Notes under the pieces: model-generated
What the model was told of the DNA's origin: nothing
The model's input: the letters and a program-made list of their open reading frames with translations, nothing else
The model's database searches: none
Translations under genes and position numbers: made by a program
DNA from: Octopus vulgaris
Lineage: Eukaryota
Direction of reading: 5' to 3'
Assembly: GCA_951406725.2 (NCBI GenBank)
Contig: OX597835.1
Location: 27,218,001 to 27,282,000 of the forward strand
Length of the DNA stretch: 64,000 bases
Part shown: piece after piece, positions 13,880-30,268 of the stretch
Layout of the letters: each line of letters starts with the position of its first letter
Numbering within the stretch: the first letter of the stretch is position 1

Positions 13880-14210
13880 TACTAAATATTATTTTTAATT
13901 AATTTTCTAACGAAATTAATAAATGTTTTTTAATTGTACACACATACACACACACATATATATATATGTATATATATACATATATATATATATCCATATA
14001 AAATATGTTGTATGTAATATTTATATGTATATGTGTGTATATATATGTATGTGTATGTGTATGTGTATGAATATATATATATATGTATCGATATATCCAT
14101 ATGTAATATATATAGTATGTAATAAATATATATTCATATATATGTGTGTGTATATATACATATATATAAATATATATATATAATATTATATAATATTATA
14201 TTATATACTA

Positions 14211-15481
14211 TTATGTCGTCAAATATGAAATTTGTAGAAAATAAAAAAGGTTGGTAATGTTTTATAAATACAAGGAAGAGTTTTATTCATCAAAGTATGC
14301 GCCTATATTGTCAATACACTTTTGCCATTTCAGCAATAGCTTGTCCAGCCCGGTACTGTAAAAGCCTGGCAATTTAGGGGTCAATAAAATCTTGGAAGGC
14401 CTGTTTTACAGCATCGTCGGGATTCAATTTTTTCCTATCAGAAAGTTATCCAAATTCTGGAAGAAGTGGTAGTCAGTGGGGGCAAGATCAGGTGAGTATG
14501 GTGGATGATGGAGAACTTCCAACTCCAACTCTTGTGGTTTCGGCAATGTCATTTTGCGTATGCGGTCTGGCGTTGTCTTACAATAAAATAGGAGTGGATC
14601 TATTGACTAATCTAGGCTAATTTTTGTAAGTTTCTGCATCATTTGGTCCAGTTGGCTGCAGTATACTTCGGCCGTGATTGATGAGCCAGGTTTAATGAAA
14701 TCATAATGGATCACACCTACACCAAACCACCAAACACACACCATCAGCTTCTTTTCATGAATTTTGCTTTTTGGACTGTGTTTTGGTGGCTCGTCTTTGT
14801 CCAACCATTGTGCTGAACGTTTACAGTTATTGTATTGGATCCATTTATCATTACATGTTACAATTCGATTCAAAAATGATTCATTTTTGTGACGAGAAAG
14901 TAGCATAATGCAGGCTTCCAAACATTGCTGTTTCTGATTTTCATTGAGTTCATGTGGAACCCATTTATCCAATTTTGTCACTTTTCCGATTTGAACTAAG
15001 TGAGTCAATATCATTTGCTTGCTAACACCAAACAACAATGATAATTGACGGGCACTTTGAGATGGATCTGACACGACGGTAGCTTTCAGTTTGTCATTAT
15101 CCACCTTCGTTTCTGGTCGACTGCGTTGCTCGATTGTGAGATCAAGGTTACCAGAACGAAATTTTGCAAACAAATTTGATACTATCTGCTGTGTAATAAC
15201 ATTAGAATGAAATACTCCAATAATATTCTGAGCCGTCTGTGACGCTGTATTTCCAAGAAAATAACTTATATTTCAGAACTCTACGAACTTCCGACTTAAC
15301 CATCTCTAAACAAAAATAGCAAAAACGATTTATAAAATACAATATGAATTAGAATAAAGAAATAGATGTGTCAGCTTTCTAACAAAAAATAAAGATTGTC
15401 AAAATATAATAATGGCGCAAAATGAGCCGCTGTCAAAGTTTACCATATACCTTACTACAAATTTCATACTTGACGACCTAA
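14211..15481 (-). mobile_element. Full-length decayed mariner (DD34D) transposon, family A
   Basis: About 30-bp TIRs (ttatgtcgtcaaatatgaaatttgtag / ctacaaatttcatacttgacgacctaa) in TA context. Transposase motifs WVPHEL, VTCNDKW, *DNARPH and HPPYSPDLAPTDYH, with stops and frameshifts. Confidence 0.93.
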
Positions 15482-15527
15482 ATATATATACATATAATAT
15501 ATATATATAATACATATATATAATATA

Positions 15528-15590
<63 letters not shown>

Positions 15591-16748
15591 CATATATTTG
15601 ATATATCTTATATGACATATATATATACACATACATATATATGCGTTTTTTCATTGTGCTATCAGCAAATTTGTCTTTCTAGAAATTTCGTACGTCTGCT
15701 TTTAAATGAAAAAAAAAAACAAATAAAAATAATTAATAAAAATAAAAGTAATTTGTTTCGGGGTGGGATCATGGAGGGAATATGAAATAATAATTTTAAA
15801 GGAAAAATCTAAAAAAAAATAATAAAATAAAATAACCAGAGGCGTAGGACGGTAGAGATGAGACTAAGGTCCTTTTTTTTTTTTGTATTTTTTTATGTGT
15901 CAGTTTTGAATTTTGAATAAGGGTTTGATTTACCTTGTTTTTCGTAATAACTGGGGTTAATATACCATTGAGGAGAAGAACTTGGAATTCAACTAAATAA
16001 GGAAAGACATGCTATATAACTACGACAAAAATATTCTCTTGAACGAAACAAAATTTCAAAAAGTAAAAAAAAAAGAAAATAATACCATTTTTTTACAAAA
16101 AAAAAATAATTTTAAATAATTAAATAAAATAATTGAATGGATAAATAATTATGTAATGGATTTAATGTAATTTTTATTTCATTTCTGGGTTTTATTAAAA
16201 AAATAATAAAGATATGAAAATAATAAATCTGCGTTTTTCGTGTTTTTTTTGTGTGTATGTATATGTACATCTATGTATGTGTTTATATATATATATGTAT
16301 GTGTGTGAGCGTCTGTGTGTGCGTGCGCAGACATTTGATTATGTGTGTGTGTGTGTGTGTGTGGTGTCAGTCATTTCAGTCATGTGACTGCGGCCAAGCT
16401 GGAGCACCGCCTTTAGTAGAACAAATCGACTCCAGTAAATACGAGAACTGTAACATGAGCTTTTAAAAAAATTAGCTGCTTTCAATGCCTCCTCCAGAGT
16501 CGTCTTCATTTTTCTTTATATCTTTTTCGCAACCACTGTTTCTTGATATACGCAGTAATGGGTTCTTTCGACATTTCTTCATGTATCTTGAGCAGGCGTG
16601 GCTGCGTGGTAAGAAGCTTGCTTCCCAACCACACGCTTCTTGGTTCAGTCCCATTGCGTGGCACGGGTCGACCAAAGCCTCGTGAGTGAATTTGATAGAT
16701 GGAAACTGAAAGAAGTTCGAGCAGTGTGTATATATATATAAATATATA

Positions 16749-17929
16749 TTGGGTCATCCCATAAATAATGCGTTTTTTATACTTCGTTTCATTTTTCAAA
16801 ATTAAGGTAAAGTACTTTTTTAATGTAAAATATACTCTCCTTCATTTTCTATAATGCTCTTCCATCTATCTGGTACACTTGCAAGACCTCTCTTCCAAAA
16901 TTCACTTGTCCGTGACGAAAAATACTCCTCCATTACTGTTCTGACCTCGTCTACAGAATTCATATTTTTTCCGTCCAAATGATTTTGAAGATTGCGGAAT
17001 AAATGATAATCAGACGGAGCAATGTCCGGCGAATATGGTGGGTGGAGCATCATTTCCCACCCATCCTCCCTATGTGTGGTCGAGCATTATCCTGATGGAA
17101 GAACACTTTTCGTCTTGAAACCAAAAATGGTCGTTTTTCTTATAGCGCTGACTTAAGCCGCTCAAGCTGCTCTCAGTAGATCTCCTTTGTTATCGTTTGC
17201 TTTGGGTTGAAAAGTTCAAAGTGGACTAAACTTTTCATATCCCACCAAACAGATAGCAATACCTTACGTGGGTGAAGACGTTCTTTAGCTTGGGGTGCCG
17301 GTGTTTCTCCTTTCCCTATCCACTGTCTTCGGCGCTTGACACTTTTACAGCAAACCCATTTCTTGTCACCAGTCACCATTCGGTCCAAAAACGGTTCATT
17401 CGTAAGATGTGACAGCAAATGAGAGCACACATTCACCCTCTGTGCGCGATTACACTCGGAAAGTTTGAGGGACCCAATTTGCTGACTTTTCCGATGGCAC
17501 GCAGGTGTCGATGAATGGTTAAATGACCAAATCCAAGCTTCTCTGCTAGTTCCTCAACAGTTACGATGAGATTTTGTTCCAGCAGGGTTTGCAGGTCGTC
17601 CTTGTCAAGCTCTACAGATCTTTCGGGACGAGGCTTGTGCTTATTGTCCGATCCCCATATACTGCATTAATATTCCTCACATTTTCCGTTGCGTTGTTGC
17701 CTTTATTGAACTCATAAAGCAAAATACGCCGAATATGCTCCTTCGTCACTTCCATTATAACTTTGAAAATAACTGATAAAATCGAACTGCACTCTTCAAA
17801 ACTTGCACTAAGAATAAGGAAAAATTTCCTGCTTTTATATAGCAAGTCGATGCAGGTAGTTTAACTCGTTCCCCTTTGACTTTTAGTTCATGCAATTGAA
17901 ACAAACGCATTATTTATGGGATGACCCAA
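16749..17929 (-). mobile_element. Full-length decayed mariner (DD34D) transposon, family B, nested in a SINE
   Basis: TIRs ttgggtcatcccataaataatgcgttt / aaacgcattatttatgggatgacccaa with TA on both sides. Motifs HIRRILLYEF, VTGDKKW, HQDNARPH and HPPYSPDIAPSDYHLF. Confidence 0.95.
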
Positions 17930-17930
17930 T

Positions 17931-17975
<45 letters not shown>

Positions 17976-18454
17976 TGTGTGTTTGTGTGTGTGTGTGTGT
18001 GCGTGTGTGTGTGTCTTTGTATTTGTGTTTGTCCCCTCCACCCAACCACTTGACAACCGGTGTTGGTGAGTTTACATGCCCGTAACTCAGCGTCTTAAAA
18101 CAAAACAAAAAAATTAAGTCCTAAGGTCGATTCATTCAACTGAAATTCTTCAAGGCGGTGCCCCAGCATGGCTGCAGTCTAATGACTGAAACAAGTAAAA
18201 GATAACAGGTTTAAAGACTTGCCTTGACTCCTCCGTATGTTCCTGACATTAAATGAGTCTCGTCACGACTCTTGACTCCTACGTGTTCTGACTACTTTGT
18301 TTCATTATTCAATTACAGAATCATTAAATCTGTTTAAAATGGATTTACCAGTTGTGTGTGTTGGCACCAAATGGCAAAACAGAAAATCTTCACTAATGGC
18401 ACCATTCACTTCATACCGTATGACTGCAGGCAACTCGGCGTAGTCAGAAATATC

Positions 18455-18744
18455 TTTTAGCTTTTACTTGTTTCAGTCGTTTGGACTGCGGCCATGCTGC
18501 AGCACGGTTTTGAAGTGTTTAAGAACAAATCGACCCCCAAGTACTTTTGTTTATTTTGTTTTGTTTTTGTTGTTTTTTTTCTTTGGTGGGGCGAGGAAGC
18601 TCGTCTAATACTACTATCGATATCTTTTGCCAAACCGCTAATTTACGGGGATGTAAACAAACCAGTGCTGATTGTCAAGCGGTGGAGGGAGACAAATACA
18701 AATACAAACACAAACGCACATACATACACATGTGTGTGTGTGTG

Positions 18745-18775
<31 letters not shown>

Positions 18776-18935
18776 TGAGGACCTTTTTCAGTTTCCGTCA
18801 ACCAAATCCATCCACAAGGGTTTCGTCAGCCCAAGGCTATAGCAAAAGATATTTGTCCAAGGTGCCACGCAATGGGACTGAATCCAGAATTATGTAGATG
18901 TGAAGCAAACCTCTTACCACGGCCACATCTGCACT
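18455..18935 (-). mobile_element. SINE family 2, diverged full copy
   Basis: Colinear with the reverse complement of 7707-8120. Confidence 0.8.
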
Positions 18936-19077
18936 TCCTGTGAAGACACTGGACAAAGGCTGAACTGAAATGAGGCAAGTATGCGCCCCCCCTCGATGTG
19001 TAATGTTAGTGTATGAGCGCAACTACCTATAAGCTTTATCGATTCCCCTCCCCACCCGTGGTTATTCATTAGCAACA

Positions 19078-19637
19078 ATAGGAGCACTCCGTCGGTTACG
19101 ACGACGAGGGTCCCAGCTGATACGATCAACGGAACAGCTTGCTCGTGAAATTAACGTGCAAGTGGCTGAGCAATCCCCAGACATGTGTACTCCTAACGTA
19201 GTTCTCGGGGAGATTCAACATGACACAGAGTGTGACAAGGCCGGCCCTTTGAAATACAGGTACAACTCATTTTTGCCAGCTGAGTGGACTGGAGCAACAT
19301 GAAATAAAGTGTCTTGCTCAAGGACACAACGCATCGCCGGGAATCGAACTCACGACCTTACGATCGTGAGCCGAATGCCCTAACCTATTTCTTTATTACC
19401 CCACAAGGGGCTAAACATAGAGGGGACAAACAAGGACAGACATAGGTATTAAGTCGATTACATCTACCCCAGTGCGTAACTGGTATTTAATTTATCGACC
19501 CCGAAAGGATGAAAGACAAAGTCGACCTCGGCGGAATTCGAACTCACAATGTAACGCAGACGAAATACCGCTAGGCATTTCGCCCGGCGCGCTAACGTCT
19601 CTGCCAGCTCGCCCTAACCACTTAGCCACGCGCCTTC
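19078..19637 (-). mobile_element. tRNA-derived SINE family 5 (other copies about 29845-29970 and 30270-30560)
   Basis: Minus-strand head ggcgcgtggctaagtggttaggg...gagttcgattccc followed by gtgtccttgagcaagacacttt. Confidence 0.8.
19386..19610 (-). mobile_element. SINE family 1 nested in SINE family 5
   Basis: Flanked by a GCCCTAACC duplication that splits the host SINE head. Confidence 0.85.
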
Positions 19638-19789
19638 ATTAGCAACAATAACAGCAATCTAATTAACTCACTTTCCGCCACAAGCTCCAGATCGAACCCG
19701 GGTCCATGTGGCTGCGAAACAAGCTTTTTACTACACACCATGCATCGAAGCAATAGGATTCTCTTCTTATCACTCATTTCACGATCCGG

Positions 19790-20110
19790 TTTTTAACATT
19801 ATCAAACATGTCTTCCATTCGTCGTTTCACAGAGTTGTTTTATAATGGAATCGTACCATAATTCCTAGCTATTTTGTCTCCATGTATTCTAGAAACAATT
19901 GCTTTGGCAGCAGGTAGAATTAGTTCCTCCGTTGCTGTGTGTGATTTTTTCCCATTTTTAGTTATTAAAAGAGACACATCATGCGATGCAAACACGGCGT
20001 TTTCATTATCAAAAACACTTTCTATTTTTTCTTATTGACTTTCGACATGAATGTCGTTCTTACCGTCTTCTTTTGAAAACATCCAACAAGTCTGCTCTTA
20101 ATGCTTCGTT
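19790..20110 (-). mobile_element. hAT (Buster/Charlie, ZBED5/FAM200-like) transposase fragment
   Basis: Minus translation ASHDVSLLI...KKSHTATEELILPAAKAIVSRIHG...IPL*NNSVKRRMEDM matches the K.HT.GE.LILPA...PLS..TV.RRI motif. Confidence 0.8.
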
Positions 20111-20315
20111 TTTAAATGTCAGCTATGTTTGGCCGGGTTCATGCTTTCCTCTCACATTGTTTCATTACACGAAACACACTATGGCTTCTCTTCACCTTCA
20201 AGCTAGCTATATATAAATTCGAGCAACATGTTCTCATCTAAATATTTCCGAGTTTTCAATTTTCAAACTTGAGCCAGTTTATATATAACTTATAATGTGT
20301 GTGTACTTGTATATG

Positions 20316-20364
<49 letters not shown>

Positions 20365-20443
20365 CATTATATAAAAGGGCTTAGTAAAATAAATTACTTT
20401 GCCACATACTGAACTCATTAATTAATTTTACCCTCAATTGTTG

Positions 20444-20549
<106 letters not shown>

Positions 20550-20550
20550 C

Positions 20551-20629
<79 letters not shown>

Positions 20630-20858
20630 TATATACCGGAGTAAACACAGAAATGTGAAACAAGGTGGAAAAAAGAGTACTCAAATACCAGTGGTAGAGT
20701 AATATGCTTTATTTAAAGCAGCAGAAAATTCAAGAAAACCTGTTACTCTGAGTTTCACGTTCCCGTTCGTCGGACAGTGTTTTTGCAAAAACTGTCCGAA
20801 CGGGAACGTGAAACTCAGAGTAACAGGTTTTCTTGAATTTTCTGCTGCTTTAAATAAA

Positions 20859-21575
<717 letters not shown>

Positions 21576-21812
21576 CACACACACACACACATATATATAT
21601 ATACAAATAAATGAAAGAATGGAGTTGAACGACGAATTAACGTTCAACTCCATTCTTTCATTTATTTGTATTTAAAAAACACACAAATTTCCACACGAAA
21701 GCACGTGATCTCTGCCCTTGGCATGTAGCTTCAACCGTGTTTTTCTGACGTGAATTTGCTACCCAGGTATCGGTTAACCGAATTATCCATAATAAGATAA
21801 TTCATTCAACTA

Positions 21813-21874
<62 letters not shown>

Positions 21875-22608
21875 ACGAGCTTCTTTCAGTTTCCGCCAAC
21901 CAGATTCATTCACATGGTATTGGTCGACCCAAAGCTATAGTAGAAGATATTTTCCCAAGATAACACGCATTGGGACTGAACCCGAAACCATGTGGTTTGG
22001 ACGCAAATTTCTTACCAGATAGTTTATATAGATACATAGGTCTATATAGATATATAGGTCGACAGAGTAGGAACGGGAGAAAAAAAAACGGAGGCGAAAT
22101 GCCAACAACGGCCTGTGTAGTGGCAAAGATGCAAACAGAGAATGCAATATACAGTGAGAAATAGAGTGATCAAAGAGAGATAGCGTGGAAAGAAAGAAGA
22201 CGGATCTCTACTTGTGAGAAGAGCAATCAGAGAGGTAACGTGATACAATAACAAAAATCTATGAACAGTGATAGAAAGATAAAATAACAGAAATAGAAAG
22301 AGGGAAAGGGAGTTGAGTGGAGAATTGAAACCAATAACATTAGTAAACTTCCTAAGAGTGCCTTTTCCATGAACAACGTGTCGTTAAGTACAGACTATCA
22401 TATTCAATATAGGGAGCCGAAAATATTTCGCTCCTCAGTTGAAATTACATCGGCTACGTGAACATATGCCAACAATACCAATAAAATTTCCTGTGGTGTG
22501 TTTGTGTGTGTGTGTGTTTGTAACCAAGAGAAAAATGGGGTTTGTGTATGTTTATGATATATACATATATGTATGCATATGATGTGTAATATATATATAC
22601 ACATGTGA

Positions 22609-22643
<35 letters not shown>

Positions 22644-22675
22644 AAATTTCAGACCTTATGCCTTCGTAGAAAGGA

Positions 22676-22742
<67 letters not shown>

Positions 22743-22994
22743 GATTATGATAAAGGCGGCGAGCTGGCAGAATCGTTAGCACGCTGGACGAAATGCTTAG
22801 CGGCATTTCGTCTGTCTTTACGCTCCGAGTTAAATTCCGCCGAGGTCGACTTTGCCTTCATCCTTTCGAGGTTGGTAAATTAAGTACCAGTCAAATATTG
22901 GGACCGATGTCATCGACTTGTCTGCTTCCTCCAAATTTCGAGCCTTGTGCCTATAGCAGAAAGGATTATTATTATTATTATTATTATTATTATT

Positions 22995-24338
<1,344 letters not shown>

Positions 24339-24725
24339 TTTTACTCTCTTTACTCTTTTACTTGTTTCAGTTATTTGACTGTAACCATGCTGAGCACCGC
24401 CTTTAGTCGAGCAAATCGACCCCAGGACTTATTCTTTGTAAGCCTAGTACTTATTCTATCGGTCTCTTTTGCCGAACCGCTAAGTTACGGGACGTAAACA
24501 CACCAGCATCGGTTGTCAAGCTATGTTGGGGAGACAAACACAGACACACAAACATATACACACACATACATATATATATATACATATATACGACGGGCTT
24601 CTTTCAGTTTCCATCTGCCAAATCCCTTCACAAGGCTTTGGTCGGCCCGAGGCTATAGAAGACGCTTGCCCAAGGTGCCATGCAGTGGGACTAAACCCGG
24701 AACCATGTGGTTCGTAAGCAAGCTA

Positions 24726-25075
<350 letters not shown>

Positions 25076-25367
25076 TATTATTCTTGTTGGTGTATCTGGG
25101 GTTTGCTTTGGTTGGCCCTGTTTGGAGGTTCTCCTGTGTCAGGCGCACTGCATCATCGATGCTATCACATATTTTGCATACTACGTGTACTCTAGTCTCA
25201 CTTCAGCACCCTTTCCTTTCTTCCCCCTCATCTTTTATGTAAATGTATAAACCAACACACACAAACTGTAAGCCATCTTTGCAATTTCGCCCCCGTCCCT
25301 CTTCTGATACTTCTGCGGCTAATAACAGGAATTATCATCATCGTCGTCATCTGTAGCAACAGCGGCG

Positions 25368-25448
25368 GCAGTAGTAGTGGTGGTGGTGGTGGTGGTGGTG
25401 GTGGTGGTGGTGGTGGTGGTGGTGGTGGTGGTAGTGGTGGTAGTAGTT

Positions 25449-25483
<35 letters not shown>

Positions 25484-25524
25484 GGTGGTGGTGGTGGTGG
25501 CGGAGGTGGTGGTGGTGGTGGTAA

Positions 25525-25558
<34 letters not shown>

Positions 25559-25575
25559 GGTGGTGGTGGTGGTAC

Positions 25576-25651
<76 letters not shown>

Positions 25652-25712
25652 GGTAGTGGTGGTTGTAGTAGTGGTGGTGGTGGTAGTAGTAGTAATAGTA
25701 GTAGTAGTAGTT
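25368..25712. repeat. (GGT)n/(GTA)n microsatellite
   Basis: Direct inspection. Confidence 0.97.
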
Positions 25713-25825
25713 CCAGTCAAGTGAACATCACTGGTGTATCATCGTATCATTCGTCACCTACAATCCATTTCCGCATCCTCTGTTTTGTGTAATGGACCGA
25801 AGACTTGTTTCATTCGGACAGGCAG

Positions 25826-25884
<59 letters not shown>

Positions 25885-26337
25885 CACACACTAACACACA
25901 CACACACACACACTCGGGCAGGTCACTCAGGATCTAACAACTCAGTCACAGAGCAACAACTTGCATGACTTGAAATTCCAGCCAGGATTCTATAAGTTCA
26001 GTTTGGCGGCGGCTGCGGCGGCGGTGGCGGTGGCGGCGGCGGTGGTGGTGGTGGTGGTGGCGGTAGTGTTTATCCTTTAGTCATCTCTGATCAAAGAGAC
26101 CCATTGTTCAGAAGCAATCCATCTATGACTGTCCCTCTTCATCTTCTTCCCCTTTTTTTAATTTTTTTTTTTTTTTTGTTACGCATTGTTTGTGTACTTC
26201 AAACTAACATTCACTATCCATAGTGTTCTATCTCTTGAAAAACCGGTAGGGCTTAGGAATTGGATGCAAATCTAGTTTCTATTTCCATCAATTGAGCGGT
26301 CACTTTCAGGTTTCTCTGTTACTGATAAAGAATAGCG

Positions 26338-26414
<77 letters not shown>

Positions 26415-27216
26415 AATGATGGCGATGTTGTCGTTGGTGTGGTTGTTGTTGTTGTTATTGACGGTCATGTGGTAGTGTGTTGTTTTATTCAAATGAAATA
26501 GCCGATAGATAAGCAGATAGGTGGGGAAAGCGACAGAGTGAGAAGAAGAAAGACATAGCCAACAGGCAGTAGCTTGATTACAGGCAATCATGCGAGCAGA
26601 CAGTGAAATACAGGGAGGGCGGGATTGAAAAACGAACTTGAGGCACTTAATACATTGAATAAGTTTTCTTGTTTTTGGGGGGTTATTTTTTTATTGGAAA
26701 TTATACTTACTTTATACCATCATAGTTTATTTATTTATCTATCTGTTTATTAATTTATTCATAAATTTGCCTGTTTCTTCGTGTTTTTATCCTTGTTTCA
26801 TTTTCCCCTGGATTGGAAGCGTGGACGAATAGTGAAAAAGTTCATTTCGCAACCAAGTTATTTAGAGTTCAGTCCTATACTGTGCAATTACAACCCGGGT
26901 ACGTGTCACCTACCATATTAAAGACAAAATCGAGATTAGCTTTTCAGAGGTGATATCTGCGTGAAAAAAAATGCGTAACATTGTGTGTAACATCTTTTAT
27001 CTTTTACTTGTTTCAGCCATTGAACTGCGGCAATGCTGGAACACCACATTGAAAGGTCTAGTCAAACAAATCGACCTCAGTGCTTAGTTTTTTCAAATCT
27101 GATAATTATTAGATCGATCTCTGTTGCTCAACCACTAGGTTTACCAATTGTCAGGTGGTGGTGAAGAACAAGCACAAATACACACAAACACATACATACA
27201 TACATACATACATACA

Positions 27217-27288
<72 letters not shown>

Positions 27289-27296
27289 AACATATA

Positions 27297-27350
<54 letters not shown>

Positions 27351-27354
<4 letters not shown>

Positions 27355-27930
27355 ACCCAAGTTATTCTCTGGTAATTGAAAACGAAAGTGGGACTGTGTA
27401 TCATATACGATGCATGGATGCTAGGGAACTATGCCCTGTCTGTCCAAAATGCCCAAGCTTTTTATCAAACTTTTTAGTTAGCCCTTGTTTCATGTTCTGA
27501 GTAACATAAAGCTTTCCTTTCATAAGACCCAAGGTATTCTGGTGATTGAAAAAAATATATATATCAGATATGAAGCATGGACACCGGGATATATGCCCTG
27601 TATATCACATGTAATATACAAGACATGCCTCTCCAAAGCATTTTCATAAATTTGCACTAAACATCCTTGCTTATTTTCAGATTTTAGTTGGCCCTTGTTT
27701 CATATGTTCTGAATAATATAAAACTTTCTTTCCATAAGCCCCAAGTTACTCTGGTGATTGAAAAAACAAAATTTCGCTAATGTATATCATGTATGATGCA
27801 TGGACGCTAATAAAATAAAAAGATATATAGCCTGCGTATCACATGTGATACTTAGGAGAGTCAAAATCGACAAAAGTGCATCATATATAATGCAATGATC
27901 GCCTGGGGAATACGTCCTTTTTATCACATG
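27351..27930. repeat. Diverged tandem repeat, 3 units of about 170-210 bp plus a partial unit
   Basis: taag(a/c)cccaag(t/g)ta(t/c)tct...attgaaaa at about 27351, 27523 and 27735. Confidence 0.8.
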
Positions 27931-28305
27931 CAACAGAAAGGACAGACAGGCAAAGGGTTAACTGAACAGCTGGTATAGCTATTCGTAGAAACGGAGGTCA
28001 ACTGTTGTCATTTCTCAACAACTGTTCCTCACGTTGCTTCCAACGAAATCCTATCGCGAAACACACCTAAACCGTATGTCACACGGGACATATCAATTCT
28101 AAATCTATCCACCCATCCATCAGCTCATCATTTTTAATTTCCTTCTTTCGTGTTATTTTTCTGGTTGTTGTTGTTGTTGTGGTGGTGGTGGAGGTGGTGG
28201 TGGTGGTGTAGGTGGTGGTGGTGTTGGAGGTGGTGGCGGCGGTGGTTATTTGTATTTTTGTTTTGGCTTTTATTATTCACTGCCTATTAGCATCAGTTTC
28301 TTCAA

Positions 28306-28314
<9 letters not shown>

Positions 28315-28366
<52 letters not shown>

Positions 28367-28455
28367 TGCGTGTGTATGTGTGTGTGTGTGTGTGCGTATA
28401 GCTACGTATATAAGTATGCAGCTGTGTATGTATGTATGTATGTATGTATGCATGC

Positions 28456-28488
<33 letters not shown>

Positions 28489-28540
28489 TGTATGTATGCA
28501 TGTATGTATATATATATATATATATATGTATGTATATATG

Positions 28541-28571
<31 letters not shown>

Positions 28572-28754
28572 ATATGTATGTGTGTGTATGTATGTATGTA
28601 TGTATGTATGTATGCATATATGTAAGTATGTATGTACATATGTATGTATTATGTATGTATGCATGTATGTATTATGTATGTATGTATGTATGTATGTATG
28701 TATGTGTGTGTATGTATGTATGTATATAGGTATATATGTATGTATGTATATATG

Positions 28755-28788
<34 letters not shown>

Positions 28789-28898
28789 TGTATGTATGTA
28801 TGTATGTATGTGTGTATGTATGTATGTATGTATGTACGTATGTGTGTGTATGTATGTATATAGGTATATATGTATGTATGTATGTATATATATATATG

Positions 28899-28932
<34 letters not shown>

Positions 28933-28990
28933 TGTGTGTATGTACCGATTTATGTATCAATGTGTATATGTATATGTCTGTGTAGGTTTG
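28315..28990. repeat. (TG)n/(TATG)n microsatellite block (similar blocks at 780-1670, 41890-42635, 54810-55450)
   Basis: Direct inspection. Confidence 0.95.
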
Positions 28991-29161
28991 TGCGCGCGCA
29001 CGTGAAGTGTGTGTATGTTTGCAGCTATGTACATATGTTTTCTACTATGTACGTAGATATATATACGTATGACTGTATATATGTATGCATCAATGCATAT
29101 ACGTATTTTGTACATATACGCACATAATATATATATACATGCATGTGTATATGTGTATGTG

Positions 29162-29694
29162 AGGTATAAGGACTTGCTGAAGGCTTCCTTAAGAGATGCT
29201 TGCATCTCTCCTGACACATGGGAGGGCATAGCTATTGATCGTAGCAGGTGGAGAAGGATTGTGCACGAGGGGACAGCTACTTTCGAGAAATCTCGAGTTG
29301 CGCATGAGAGAGTAAGGAGGGATGTCAGGAAGGGCATCGCTGTTACACTTCCAGATGGGAAGGGTCTTCCTATGATGCTGACATGCAGGGTCTGTGCTAG
29401 ACCCTGCCTCAGTAAAGCTGGACTCAAGAGTCATCTTCGTAGTCATAAAGCGAGACAGATGAGTGACAACCTGGCCACTGGTGGTGGTGTTACGCATCAT
29501 ACTAATCATATCTGCCATCATGTAGAAGAGAGTGTAATTCAGCAGGAGTACTTAAACGACATGCAAAGGTACATGAAGCTCAGTTACAACTACAGCTGGC
29601 TATTGCCGGTAAAGGTTTTAGCTGCCAATTCTGTACAAGACATTGTAGATCTTTGGCTGGGCTAAAAAGTCACATTCGATCACAGCACCAGTAA
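29162..29694 (+). mobile_element. RTE-clade LINE ORF2 C-terminus with three C2H2-type zinc fingers
   Basis: RYKDLLKASL...WEGIAIDRSRWRRIV (RTE C-terminal motif), then CRVCARPCLSKAGLKSHLRSH, then across a 1-nt frameshift CH(x)CRRECNSAGVLKRHAKVH and CQFCTRHCRSLAGLKSHIRSQH. Confidence 0.8.
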
Positions 29695-30019
29695 CAGTTA
29701 AGCTTCGTGCAATGGCCATACTCGATAACGAGGTAAGATAGAGAGTGGAATTCGGCTTGTAGGTGTGCATAAAGTGAGTAGGAGAGCGGTGGTGCTGCTG
29801 ATAATCTGGGCCCAGCAGAGTGCAGGGTCATCGACATTTCGATGGTACCCTCGATTCAGAAAACTGATACTCTGTCGGTTACGGCGACAAGAATTCCAGT
29901 TGATCCGATCAACGGAACAGCCTGCTGAGCACTTCACAGTCACGTGTGCCTTTAATGTAGTTCTCAGGAATATTTACCAAAATTGCATTAAAATATCTTG
30001 AATTACTAAAGAGTAAATT

Positions 30020-30268
30020 TATTCAATAAAATAGCCTTTGGCTGCAACCACGGCTTCTAGACGACTTCAGAATCTCCTGCAACTCTTCTGGACGGTCTCC
30101 TTGTTTAAGCTGGTGAATGCTGCTCTAATCCTTGCATTCAGTTCATCTTTGGTGTTACAAGGAGTTTTGTTGGTCTGTCGCTCAACTGCACCCCTCGCAT
30201 AATAATCGAGAGAATTGCAGCCTGGGGAGTTAGGTGGCCAGATGTTAGGGGTAATGTAATCGCAGAAT
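30020..30268 (-). mobile_element. Tc1/mariner (DD37D/maT-like) transposase C-terminal fragment
   Basis: FCDYITPNIWPPNSPGCNSLDYYARGAVER...NTKDELNARI...CRRF*SRLEAVVAAKGYFIE. Confidence 0.8.

Noticed and set aside
14607-15173. Domesticated SETMAR-like gene or active transposase
   Set aside because: The first catalytic motif is altered, there are downstream stops and frameshifts, TIRs are intact and there is no SET domain.
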